DNA of 62,965 nucleotides, filler included, from Hyphochytrium catenoides (taxonomy: Eukaryota; Protista; Hyphochytriomycota): the NCBI GenBank assembly GCA_900088475.1. It is 10 parts of 10 records of this genome, joined end to end, with 100 filler letters (N's around TTAATTAATTAA, not from the genome) between each part and the next. Parts side by side here need not be neighbours in the genome. Positions count along the whole stretch, not along the records: positions 24,509 to 40,439 come from FLMG01000003.1; positions 40,540 to 54,912 come from FLMG01002557.1; 8 more parts are not named here. One strand, written 5' to 3'. The notes beneath the pieces are model-generated. The model saw only the letters and a list, made by a program, of their open reading frames with translations, ran no database searches and was not told the DNA's origin. Position numbers and translations under genes: made by a program. Shown here piece by piece: positions 37,279-48,510 of this stretch (within the stretch, counting starts at the first letter, position 1; each line of letters begins with the position of its first letter).

Positions 37279-39892
37279 ATGGAAACATTGGGAGGACTCT
37301 TCCGTTCCTTTCTGCGGCCCAGAGAAGAGAGAGCACATGAGCTCTCCGAAGCCCTTCTTGTCCTTCCTGTTGTCTCCTCTCTCCTTTCAATCTTGGGCTG
37401 TAGCTATGTTATTATCTCCATCCTGCGCTCTCATCGACGCAGTCCGGTGCGCCTCTCTGCACGGCTTGTGCTCTACATCGCCCTCTCCAACCTTCTCTGG
37501 GCTACCTTTGCAGCGTCTCTCTCTCTTCTGTCCCTCCCTTGCTGTTACAAAGATAGAGAAGGGACAGAAGATGATACGGTCCTTCTGTTGCTCGAAGCAG
37601 GCATGCTTTCTTTCTCTCTTACCTTCTCTCTGTGGGTCGCTGCGCTTGGGCATCATATTCTTTCTGTCTTTACCGCTGTAAAGCTCCAGACAGAGAGCGC
37701 ACTGATCCGCCAGGAGCGAATCTATCACCTCTCTGTCTGGGGCCTAGGAGCAGTCTATCTTGCAGCTTCTGTCTCATATATAGCGAGTGCACATCTCTCT
37801 GCGCCTTCTTCTTCTTCTTCTTCCTCTCTCACCTCATCGCCTTACTTGGCTGTGTGGGTGGGACATCTCCTTCTCCTGTTCGTGATGTTTTGGCTGGTGG
37901 TGCTCCTCGTTGTTATTCAAAGAAAGAGTCCCCGCAGAACAAAGGTAAGCCAAGGTCTCACTATCATCTACTTCCAAGCTCTGCTCCCACTTCCTCTTCT
38001 TCTGCAATGCCTCTATCGTCCCTTTCACATGTTGGCCTCGTCCTGTCCATTGTCTTATCAGCACTCTCATGCCTGAATTTCCAGCAGTAACTGACCCCTA
38101 ATCCCTCCTCGTGTGTGTCTCTCTCTTCACGCCCCCATCGGATCTTCGTATTCATCTCACTCTTTTGCATCTCCCCTTCCCCAATCGCGTTTCTCTTCTT
38201 CCTCTCTCTTTCTCTGTCTCTCTCACTCTCTTTCACTCTCTCTCTCTTTTCTCTTTATTCGCGTATCTCCTACATCGCCAGGGAGCTGTGACAAGATACT
38301 GCGCTTACCTAATGGCGCTCACTATCTGCCTTGCTCCCTATTCTGTCTCACAAGTTATCTTCTCCCTCCAAGAGAGAGCGGAGTCCAACGCAGAGAGTGA
38401 AGCGTCGCTATTCCTCTCTCAATCCTTCTTCTTACTCGCCTCTTGCAGTGGACTAGTGAACGCTGTACTCTACGGCATTAGCAGGCAATGCGTCGAAAAA
38501 GTGCGCCGGAAGGTTTGTTGTACGCACGATGCCTTCCCCATGTATGACACAGCGATGCTTGCGCACCTTGCTGAGGAGGAAGGTGGACTAGGAGATGTGG
38601 GAGGCGGAGTACCAGGAAGGAGGAGAAGTTCAGTGGGAGGACAACGTCAGTCTGTCCCTAAAGGCCGCCGGACCTCTCTCTCCTCTGCTCTCTTTCCTGA
38701 TTTGGACAGCGTGGTCATCAACCTCACAGGCTTCAAACTCATTCGAGAGGTATGCAGATAGAGAGGGTAACTTGAGAGAGAGGAAGGGAGAGAGAGAGAG
38801 AGAGAGAGAGAAAGAGGGAGAGGGAGAGAGAGGGAAAGTGGGAGAGAGAGAGAAAGAGAGAGAGAGAGAAAGGGAGAGAGAGAGAGAAAGAAAAGAAGAA
38901 CGAGAAAAGAGGAGAGAGATAGGTTCTATCCTAGTTTGGTGCGAGTTGAGGTCTAGAAGCCTTGCACTCTTCTCTGACTTCACTCTGGCTTTCTCTCACG
39001 ACGTAGATTGGCAAGGGTGGCTCTGGCGTCGTCTACCTTGCGGAATGGAGAGGGACAAAGGTGGCTGCGAAGAGGCTTCTTTTCGAGGGCGATCTGTTTG
39101 TTAACGGTCTTGGAGAGAGAGAGACGAATGGGGATCGCAAGCCTAAACCGAGTTTGGGAGAGAGTGAAAAGGAGGAGAGAGGCAGCTCAGGAGAGGGAAC
39201 GAAGAAGAGCTCAAGGGACAGCAGTCAGCAGAGTATCGCCCCTCCAGAGCTCACCAAGGACTTTCGTAGAGAAGCTGAGATACTGGCTAGCCTTCGTCAT
39301 CCAAACATCGTAAGTCAAACAACGGTCAGAGAGAAAGAGAAAGAAAAGGGAGAGCACAAGAGAAAGAGAATGAGGGGACCCATAGCGAGTGGGAAGAGGA
39401 AACGAAATAGGTTTGAAGAGTGAGGGAGAGAGCGAAGAAGCCGAGTGCAGCCTGTGCAATGCCTAGCACTTGCACTTTTTGCTCTTCTACTCAGCTCTCC
39501 CCACGCAGTTCCTTTTATCCCGACAATACTCTGGTGTACACTGTTCTTGGTTTCTCTCTCTCTTTCTCTCCCTGTGCCGTTCTCTCTCTCTCCCTGGGCC
39601 GCTCTCTCTCTCTCTCCCTGTGCCGCTCTCTCTCTCCCTGTGCCGCTCCCTCTCTCTCTCTGTGCGGCTCTCAACATCACTCCCTTTTTCTCTTTCTGCT
39701 TAGGTCTATTTCATGGCTTGCGGCTTCTTTGAAGGTTGCTGGTGGATTGTCAGCGAGTACTGTCCTCTTGGCTCCCTCCGTGATCTTCTCGCGGCAGATG
39801 GAGGACGAGTGGCTCCTGAGCTCTGGTCGAAGATGAGGGTCAGACTTGCTCTTGGAGCTGCCAGAGGACTTCAATTCCTGCATGAGAACAAG
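37279..39892 (+). CDS. 7TM GPCR-like receptor fused to a tyrosine-kinase-like (TKL) kinase, 3' truncated; exons 37279-37944, 38282-38749, 39007-39309, 39704-39892
   Basis: About seven hydrophobic helices with cAMP-receptor-like motifs (SLLSILGCSYVI, RLVLYIALSNL, ERIYHLSVWGL, GLVNAVLYG). These splice in frame to IGKGGSGVVY, WRGTKVAAK, FRREAEILASLRHPNI, VSEYCPLGSL and AARGLQFLH. Confidence 0.88.
39563..39672 (+). repeat. Intronic minisatellite, about 5 units of (CT)n-CCCTGTGCCG
   Basis: Units ccctgtgccg, ccctgggccg, ccctgtgccg, ccctgtgccg, ctctgtgcgg separated by CT tracts. Confidence 0.85.
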
Positions 39893-40439
39893 GTGCACTG
39901 AGCTCTTCTTTCTTCCTTCTTGAGATTTGCCTCTCTTTCTCTCTCTCACTTTCTCTCTCTCTTTCTCTCTCTCTCTCTTTCTCTCTCTCTTTTTCTCTCT
40001 CTCTCTCNNNNNNNNNNNNNNNNNNNNNNNNNNNNNNNNNNNNNNNNNNNNNNNNNNNNNNNNNNNNNNCTCTCTCTCTCTCTCTCTTTTCTTTTGTTTC
40101 CTTCTGTCTACTTCTTTCCCTTTAGCCCATTGTCTGTTTATCCTAATCCCTGCCTGTCGTCGTCCGTCTGTCTGTGTCTTTTCCTCTCTGCGCCCGCGTT
40201 CCCGGCCATCTAGTAATTCTCTGTCTTTCTCTGAGTGAGTCCCGTCCAATCTGTATATCATCTTATCTTCGTCTTCTTTCATAACGAACTAATGCCTCTG
40301 CTTGTGCCGCCGATCCCTCTCCAACTGCTCTCTGCCTCCCCTCCCCCTTTTTTTCTCTGTCTCTGTCTCTCTCGCTGTCTCTCTATCTCTGTCTCCGTTT
40401 CTCTCTCTCTTCTACAACTACTCTCTCTCTCTCTCTCTC

Positions 40440-40539
40440 NNNNNNNNNNNNNNNNNNNNNNNNNNNNNNNNNNNNNNNNNNNNTTAATTAATTAANNNNN
40501 NNNNNNNNNNNNNNNNNNNNNNNNNNNNNNNNNNNNNNN
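40440..40539. other. Artificial contig linker
   Basis: 44 N + TTAATTAATTAA + 44 N. Confidence 0.98.
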
Positions 40540-40774
40540 AAGACTCCGGCCAAGAACACAGAGGAACACCTTTGACTGGGTGGAAGAGGCGGAGCTCTAT
40601 TCAAAGTCTTTCTCACAGACCTCGGCGAAGTCCAAGAGTGAAGCCAAGAAACAAGAGGCATACGAGTGGATAGAGGAAGCTGAACTTTATTCATCATCAA
40701 TGGCTCACCCTTCGGGAAAGGAAAGCTCACAATCGCCTGATGCGAAGGCCAACAAGAGAACGGTCCGTAAGTAA
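40540..40774 (+). CDS. Fragment (probably 3' end) of a hypothetical protein with a repeated [FY][DE]W[VI]EEAELYS motif
   Basis: The frame is open from the contig edge. The two motif copies are conserved at protein level with synonymous differences (GAAGAGGCGGAGCTCTAT vs GAGGAAGCTGAACTTTAT). Confidence 0.6.
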
Positions 40775-42434
40775 GGAGAAGCAACTCGTTAGCGGCCTAG
40801 GCACAGCAGTTAGGATTATTTAGCTGTCCAATGGCTATAGATGTGAGGACTTCCACACCCCGGGGCGTAAAGGGAGGGGTGTCCAACCCTTTCATAAAGC
40901 GTAACTTCCAGAGCATCGCATGGACAAGAGATCAGCCTTGCAGAGTGAGCATTTGCGGTCATGGTTGGCAGATCAAGAAGAGGCGCCTGAAGTCAAGACG
41001 TATAGATTTGACCGAGAGTCTTGGTTGTGCGGCGTAGGCGGTAGTCCGAAGCACAAGCTTGACATAAACAATAGATAGAACTAGACGTGTCTAACCAATG
41101 CGATGACCCTTAGAAAGAGAAAGTAATGACACACTTTACCTTAATGGCTGTGTTTGGAGCGAGTGCATCCGTGTTCCTTAAGAAGTACTTGTGCTGAGAG
41201 AGTGTCAGAGCCTGAGCCTCCTGACTGCACAGGTAAGTCATAAGCCTTAGTCTAGAGCAAGGACCTGTTGGAGGGGTGAGATGGAAGTAGAGGGAGCAGA
41301 TACTAGTTTGGAGAAAAGAGAGGTAGGCAACTTCAAACGCTGATTTATAAGGTTGGGAAAAAACAAACCGGACAGACGTTGCCTGAGGCGAGAGATTCCT
41401 CGACAAATGACAGTCTTGAGTCCACATGATAGGCTAGATAATAGGTGGAACAACGCGCAATGGTTGCGTGCGTGCAGGCAGCCATTGACTAATCAAACAG
41501 GCGGAGGGCGGATTGGCCTTCTAAGGCGCGACGCGACGGAGGCACTGGCAACTTTTTGTGCCCCACCACCAAGAATAACTTTAGAGGACCGATCTACTAT
41601 AGTATAGCACGGCACGCTCTTGGACCGCCCATTGTATAGATTCGCGGTCACAGAAGGACAGCGTCAGGTAAGCTCAGCTCTTCTGTCCAGTTCTAAAGGC
41701 TGAGGTCCTTGCTTCACTAACCCATAGCGATGAGTAGATGAGACTCCCTTATGCGCTCTATCACGCTCTCGGGGCCCAGTCTCCGTCCATGGCGGAGACA
41801 TGAAGACACACAGTCACAGGCAGACTCTTCAAGAGAATGCGGAGTCTCCACCAAGTCTGAGGATTCTTTCTTCAGCAGATCCTTGCCTGTTTCAACCCGT
41901 CAAATTTGGCATTGTCAAATATGGGGATCTTCGCTTCTCAGGTTATTGACAGAGGTCATCTCTCTTTTGGCACAGTGCATGTCGTAATAAAGGCTTCGAA
42001 TTTGGAATATACCAGTTCGCATTGGTCTTCTAAATTAGCAATTTGATGTCAAATATGCGTCAGTAAAGAGTCAAATTGGCACAAATGTTACCCCAAGTAA
42101 CTAGAGGCTGATAATCACCTTTAATGGCTCATGATTGTTTTGTACAAGTAGAAGGGCAAAAATTGTGAGGCAGGAGAAGGGGTTACCAGTAGACCATGGG
42201 TGGTGAAGACTCTATCGCTAACATTTATACAGCAAACCAGAGGACGTTACCCATGACCGAAAATATGTAGTGGGTAACGGCTTTCTCTTGGATCCTTTCA
42301 GAGGGAGGGGATTCTGGTCGAAATGGATCGTAGTAATAGTACTGCGGCTTTAGGGGCTTTATAAGGCTTTCCGTGGTAGTGGTAATATTTAGGGAATGTT
42401 TTGAGACGCGAGAGGTGCAGCTTGACTTCCCGCC

Positions 42435-42492
42435 GTAATCTATCTCTCTCTCTCTCTCTCTCTGTTTCTCTCTCTCTCTCTCTCTCTCTCTG

Positions 42493-42534
<42 letters not shown>

Positions 42535-42823
42535 GCTCTCTCTCTCGCTCTCTCTCTCTTTCTCTCTATTGGTTGCCTCTCTCGCTCTCTCTCGCTTCCT
42601 CTCTCTCTGTCTACACTCGGCTCCCTCTTGTTCTTGACCGCCACAATCTTTCTCTCGCTTTCTCTCCCTCTCTCTCTTTTCCTCTCGTTCTCTTTCTAGT
42701 TCCCTCCCATTCTTACTCTTCCCTTTTTTTCTCTGTCTGCGCTCTCTCCCTTGCTCTCTTACTGGTCAACGATAGCCTGCTTCCTCTCCTCTTTCTCTCA
42801 TCTTCTCTCTCTTTCTCTCCCTC

Positions 42824-42854
<31 letters not shown>

Positions 42855-42900
42855 NNNNNNNNNNNNNNNNNNNNNCTCTCTCTCTCTCCCCGTCTGCCGC
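42435..42900. repeat. (CT)n/(GA)n microsatellite-rich tract, representative of many such tracts in the window
   Basis: Long imperfect CT dinucleotide runs; similar tracts at 5895-5990, 22820-22930, 23480-23785, 25330-25610 and 54620-54800. Confidence 0.95.
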
Positions 42901-43593
42901 TTCTGGCTATCGGCATCTCAGCCACGAACGACCGGTGAAGCTTCCGGACCTTCTCTGCATCTTCCAGACGAAGTGACGACGAATCTCTCCGTGGAAAGAG
43001 CTTCGTCTCTCCTGATACCCTGCCTCCTTTCTTCCTTTTCAAGTACCAGAACGCTAGGTTTTAGTCTCTCTCTCCTTTCTATTCTCTCTCTCTCCTCTAT
43101 CTCATCATTTGCTGGAGGCTGTGGTCTGAGAAAGAAAGAGCGCAAATCACTCTCTTGGAGTCCTTTCTCTCCTTCTCTCTCATCAAGAGACACTTTTGAA
43201 TACGTTTCTCTCTCATCTATAGGTACCGGGCGAGTCGATACTCTCTCTCTCTCTCTCTCCCCTATCCTCCAACTCCTCTCAACTAGTCATTCTTTTACCT
43301 TTCTCTCCTTCGGTGCAGCAACTCTTCTATTGTTCTTGCCTCCTCTTATCTCTCTTTCTGCCTCTCTCTCTCTCTCCTTCTCTCTCTTCCGCTCTGTCCA
43401 CTCCGGCCGGTAATCTCTCTTCTGCATAGCTTTCTGTCTCTCTCTGGGGACACGCTATCGCTTACCGGTCGAAGGCCTAGCTCCCTTGTCAACTACTAAG
43501 CTCTCTCTCTCCCTTTCTTTCTCTCTCTCTCTCTCTCTCTCTTCTTGCTCTGTCTTTCTCCCTTTCTTGTCATTTAGGCTATCGCAAGGTACC

Positions 43594-44025
43594 ATGCCAG
43601 GAGCCCCAGGAGAACTGCCGCCACCAAAGGCGGTCGGGAACACGTAAGTCACAGAAAGAGAGAGAGAGAGAGAGAAAAGAGCGTCTGTTTTCTGACTGTC
43701 TCTCTAGGTTCCTGAAGCAGTACTACCAGCTGCTGACCCAGCATCCTGAAGACATGTATCGTTTCTATGATGAAGCCTCCAACTTCACTTTCGGCATCGG
43801 CTCTCAAGTGAGCAAGCCCTCCGTCTCTCTCTCTCTCTCTCTTCTTCTTCTTCTCTTCCCATCCGTCTGTCTCATCTTTCTCCCTCTTTCATTCCACCTT
43901 ACTTCTCCTCTTTCTCCCCCTCTCTTTTGCTCCTCCCCAGCTATCTCTGTCTCTCTTGCCAACACCGTCCTCCGTCTACACCATCGCCTTGTCTTGGTAC
44001 CGCTTCCGGTGCACCAATGTCGACT

Positions 44026-44067
<42 letters not shown>

Positions 44068-44474
44068 TTCTTCCTCTCTCTCTCTCTGTCTCTCTCGCTC
44101 TCTTCTCTGTGTGTTAACCTCCTTTGCATCTGCAGAAGGAGGAGCCTATCGTGGGCCAGCGTAACATCAATGGCAAGATCCTCTCCCTTGGATTCAACAA
44201 CGCCGTTGTCAACCTAGACCCAGGCAAGATACAACTCGACAACGAAGGAGAGAGAGAGAGAGAGACAGGGGGAGAGAAAGAAGATATGTCAGACGGGGCT
44301 TGTTCTCTCTCGAGGTCTTTTCTCTTCTTACTCTGATCTACCGCTTTAGTTCTCTTCTATTTCTCTTGGGGTAGGCATGCTAACTTCTTAGAACTCCTCT
44401 GGCAGGAAAGCTCTGGTCATTTCTCTCTCTCACTCACTCTCTCTCTCTCTTCCTCTCTCTCTCTCTTTCTCTCT

Positions 44475-44508
<34 letters not shown>

Positions 44509-44730
44509 ACACACAGGCTCCATTGACTGCCAGATGTCTTTCGGCGGCGGTGTGTTGGTGATGGTGACGGGGCTGATCACTCTGGTTGGACAGAATCCTC
44601 GTCCGTTTGCCCAGACCTTCTACCTCGCGCTGAAGGAGCAACGCCGTTATTATATTCTCAATGACTGCATCCGCTTCCTCGACCTCCAGCCAGCAGCACC
44701 TGCGGCGGCTACTGCCAAGGTTTGGGAAGG

Positions 44731-44777
<47 letters not shown>

Positions 44778-47064
44778 TTTCTCCTTCTCTCTCGCTCTCT
44801 TTTTGATCTCGCTCTCTGTCTATGTCAATATTAGCATCATCGCTGGTGTGTGTCTCTTTACGCTCTCTCTTTTCTCTCTTTTCGTGTTGTCTTTTGTTGT
44901 GAAGATTCCTCTTCTCTTTCCTGACAAACCTTTACCTGCTCTCTTTCTCTCTCCTTCCCTCTCTCTTTCTCTCTCTCTCTCTCTTCTCTCTCCCTCTCTC
45001 TCTCTCCCTTTTAAAAGGGCGCCTCTCCCGCCCCTGTGGCAGTAAAAACCCCGCCGGCCTCGCCCAAGAAGGCTGTCAGCTCCCCCAAGCCCCAGTCTCC
45101 CAAGGTCAAGGCCCCAGCGCCCGCCACCAAGTCTCCCGTCGCCTCTCCCGCGGCTGCTGCCCGGACAGCGCAGACTCCTCCTATTCTCTCTCCTCCTAAG
45201 GCAGTGGCTCCCCCTCCTGCTGCCAATGGCTCGCCTAAGGCCACGCCTATCTCTCCCAAGGAGAAGGCTCCAGCTCCTCCAGCACCTGTAGCCTCTCCCA
45301 AGAAAGAAAAGGAGCCGGCGGTGTCCTCTCCAAAGCCTGCTCCGCCTGCCTCGGGCTCTCAATGGTCAGTCGTGGCTCGCCCTTCCTCTCCTGCCACCGC
45401 TGTCTCTCCTCCTCGCGCTCCTTCTCCTAAGAAGGCACCAACCGCTGCGCCTGTGGCCAAGCCCCAGGAGCAAGAGGATGTGACGGAAGATGCAGGCGAG
45501 AAGGCTGCGGCTCCCGCTCAGGCAGTGTCATCCAAGGTAAAGAGTAAAGCGTGAGAGAAAGAGAGAGAGAGAGAGTAGAGATAGAAACAGGGAGGAAGGT
45601 TGACGGTGTTGGTCTTTCGAACATGTTTATTCTCCACTTGGGTTCTCCTCAGAGTGAATTGCCATAGCCCTAGTTTTCTCTCCCCCTCTCGCTGACTCTC
45701 TCCCTCTCTCAATATGCGCTCCGCTTTCCTCTCTCTCTTTCTCTCCTTCTTTTTCTAGCCTAAGAAGTGGAGCGAGCTGTTCCAGGCATCCGCTGCAGGT
45801 GCAGGCGGAGCTGCAACCAGAGCTCCTGAACATGTGCGCAAGCCCGTGGCGCCCAAGGCTGCAGCAGCCCCTGCGCCCGCTTCCCCTCAAGCCCCAGAAA
45901 CGACTACCCAGGAGTCTAAGGGAGCTATGAGGTAAACTCTTTCTCTTTTTCTCTCTCTCTCTCTCTCTCTCTTCCTCTTTCTCTCCCTTCATCTTCTAAT
46001 GTCGGTCGATGTTTCATAGCATCTTTATCAAGAACCTTGAGAGCGATACGACGGAGGATGAAGTGCGCGAACTCTTCTCGCAGTTCGGTCCAATCCTTAA
46101 GGTAAGTTGTGGTCATCCTCTCTCTCTCCCTTTTCTCCCTGCCTTTCTTTTGCCCTGCCCTCTGTTTATCTCTCCTCTCTCACTTCTTTCCTCCAGTCAC
46201 TCTCCTTCTCTCTCACTCTTTCTCTCTCTCGCTCTTCGCTGCTGCATCACTACATTGCATGTCATCTCTTCTGGAGCATTCCAGCTTCTTCCTTCGCATC
46301 TCTTTTTGCTACATCTCACCTACTGTCCCCGTACCTTTACTCTCTCTCTCTTTCTCTCTCTCTCTCTCTTTTTCGTTTTCTCTCTCTTTCTCTCCCTCTT
46401 TCTTGTGCCTCATCTCTTTGTTATGTATGCTCTCTCTCTCCAGGTCAACGTTATTGCCGCCAAGGGCTATGCCTTCGTAGACTATGAGAGCCATGAGTCA
46501 GTCAAGGCAGCCATCCAAGCCGAGAACCTTGTTCTCAATGAGAAGAGCATCACCGTGGAAGAGAGACACTCCGCTCCAAGAGGAGGTTTCTCTTCTAGAG
46601 GAGGAAAGGGAGGAAGAGCGAACGGAAGAGGACGCGGAGGAGAGAGGCGTGAAGGAGGAGAGAGGAGAGAGAGAAAGGAGAGAGAAGATGGACAGAAGGA
46701 CAGGCGCAGAGAAGGCGGTGGAGACCGTGGGAGAGACCGCGGAGGACGTCGAGGTAAGGAAGATAGAGAAGCCTTTACGCAGAAGAGAGAGAACGTGAGG
46801 GAGAAAGAGAGAGGGAGAGGGAAAGGGAGACTCATCTAGACGGAGAAAGGGAAAGAAGATGGTGCGTTTATTGTCTCGCGTTTCCTTCACTCTTCTCAAC
46901 TTTCTCCATCACTTTGCTTAAGCTTGATATCACTAACGGTCCCTCGTTCTGCTTCTCTCTTACTCTCTCTCTCTCTCTCGTCCTCTTTCTCAGGTGGCCG
47001 GGGTGAGGTCGGGGATGGCCGTGGTCCAGGTCCCAAATCTGCTGGCCGCGCAGGAGGAAAGTGA
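43594..47064 (+). CDS. G3BP: G3BP/Rasputin-like stress-granule protein (NTF2-like + Pro/Ala linker + RRM + RGG); exons 43594-43643, 43708-43807, 44136-44223, 44517-44719, 45018-45536, 45759-45931, 46020-46101, 46444-46753, 46994-47064
   Basis: AVGNTFLKQYYQLL...MYRFYDE; SIDCQMSFGGGVLVMVTG...FAQTFYLA...YYILNDCIRF; PKKWSEL; SIFIKNL; KGYAFVDY; RGG tail. Confidence 0.92.
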
Positions 47065-47237
47065 AGTTAGAATGTTAGCATAGCGTTAGAACCTCTGTCT
47101 TGCGAAGACAAAGGAGAAAAGAGGAGAAAGGGCTGACGACGAGTCAGGAGAGAGAGAGAAAGAGACGGGAGGATATGAGAGAGGGTTGAAGGGTCAAGCA
47201 ACGAGAGGAGCTTGAGTAAGCTGGAGAGAGAGGGAGG

Positions 47238-47270
<33 letters not shown>

Positions 47271-48167
47271 AATCCTCTCTAAGCCTTCTTCTCCTCTCTC
47301 TCTCTTTGCTACTGGAGGAAGAGTGGAGAGCTCAAGGGCGTTTCAAAGGGATGTAGACCGAACCAGATGCAATTATTCTTTATCAGTATTGCATTATGAT
47401 GAAATATGCATCCCATATTCGGCAAGAGTCTCGAATGTACATGACAATTCCGCAATTGGGCGTTTCGTGGAAGGGAGAAGAGGAAGAGAGAGAGAGAGAA
47501 AGAAAGCGAACGGAAAGAGAGAGAGAGAAGCTATCGGCAGAATAGGAAGGAGAAGAGAGAGAATCGATCGAGAGAGAGAGAGAGAAGGATCCAGCAGGGG
47601 TTAGCAGGAGAGAGAGGGAGGAGGCACTCTTAACCAGGCGCGTTGGAAGAAAGGGGAGAGAAAGAGAGAGAGAGAAAGAAAGAGATCCGGGTGACTGGAC
47701 TAGAATGAAAGGGAGCGATGGAAAGAGAGAAGAGAACGAGAGCAATTGAGAGGAACAGTGCGCTGTGTTAGAAGAGAGCACTAGGCAATCCGCTGGAAAG
47801 ATAGACAAAAGAGAGAAGCGGAAGAAAGCAGGCAAAGAAGGGAGAAACAACGAAAAAAGCTGACAGAGAGAGAGAGACAGAGAGAGTCTGAGAGAAAGGA
47901 AGAGTGAAAGAGGGAGAGTCTGTCTAGTAAAGAAAGAGGAGAGAGAGCCCTAAAAAGAAGAGAGAGAGGCCCTTAATAGCTCCTTAATCTGTACTGAAAG
48001 GAGATGAAGCGGTGAGAGACAACGACTCGCAAACGGCGAAAAGAGAGCTTCCCATTTCTCCCTCTCCGTTTCTCTCTTCATCTCTTTCTTCCTCCCTTCT
48101 CTCTCCGCCATCAACTCTGGATAGACCTCACAAGGTCTGATCGTTTCCAGAAACGGAAGGAGAGAGA

Positions 48168-48473
48168 ATGGAAAGCGCGTCTCTCTCGGCTCCGGAGAGC
48201 CCTACGAAGGTGAGCCGATCGCAGGTGAAAGAGGGAGAGACAGAGTTGGCCGTTCATTACTCTTCCTTGTGCTGTGTGTTGGATAACAGGCAAAGAAAGA
48301 GAGAGACTGAGAGAGAACGAGAGAGAGACGAGAGAAGGAGGAACCTGAATGGTAGAATGATATTTGTACGGAGAGAGAGAAGAAAGGAAGAGAAACAGTC
48401 AGTCAGCGAAACCTGAAAGACGGGAGGTCAGCGAGAGAGAGAGCACAAGCTCAACAACCGAGAGACCAAAGAG

Positions 48474-48510
<37 letters not shown>

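Noticed and set aside
39563-39672. CRISPR-like repeat-spacer array
   Set aside because: 10-bp cores with pure CT spacers inside a spliceosomal intron; no cas genes
22449-47064. USP10-like and G3BP genes (known binding partners) in one window; likewise USO1 and syntaxin-5
   Set aside because: They lie on different contigs separated by artificial linkers, so there is no evidence of clustering
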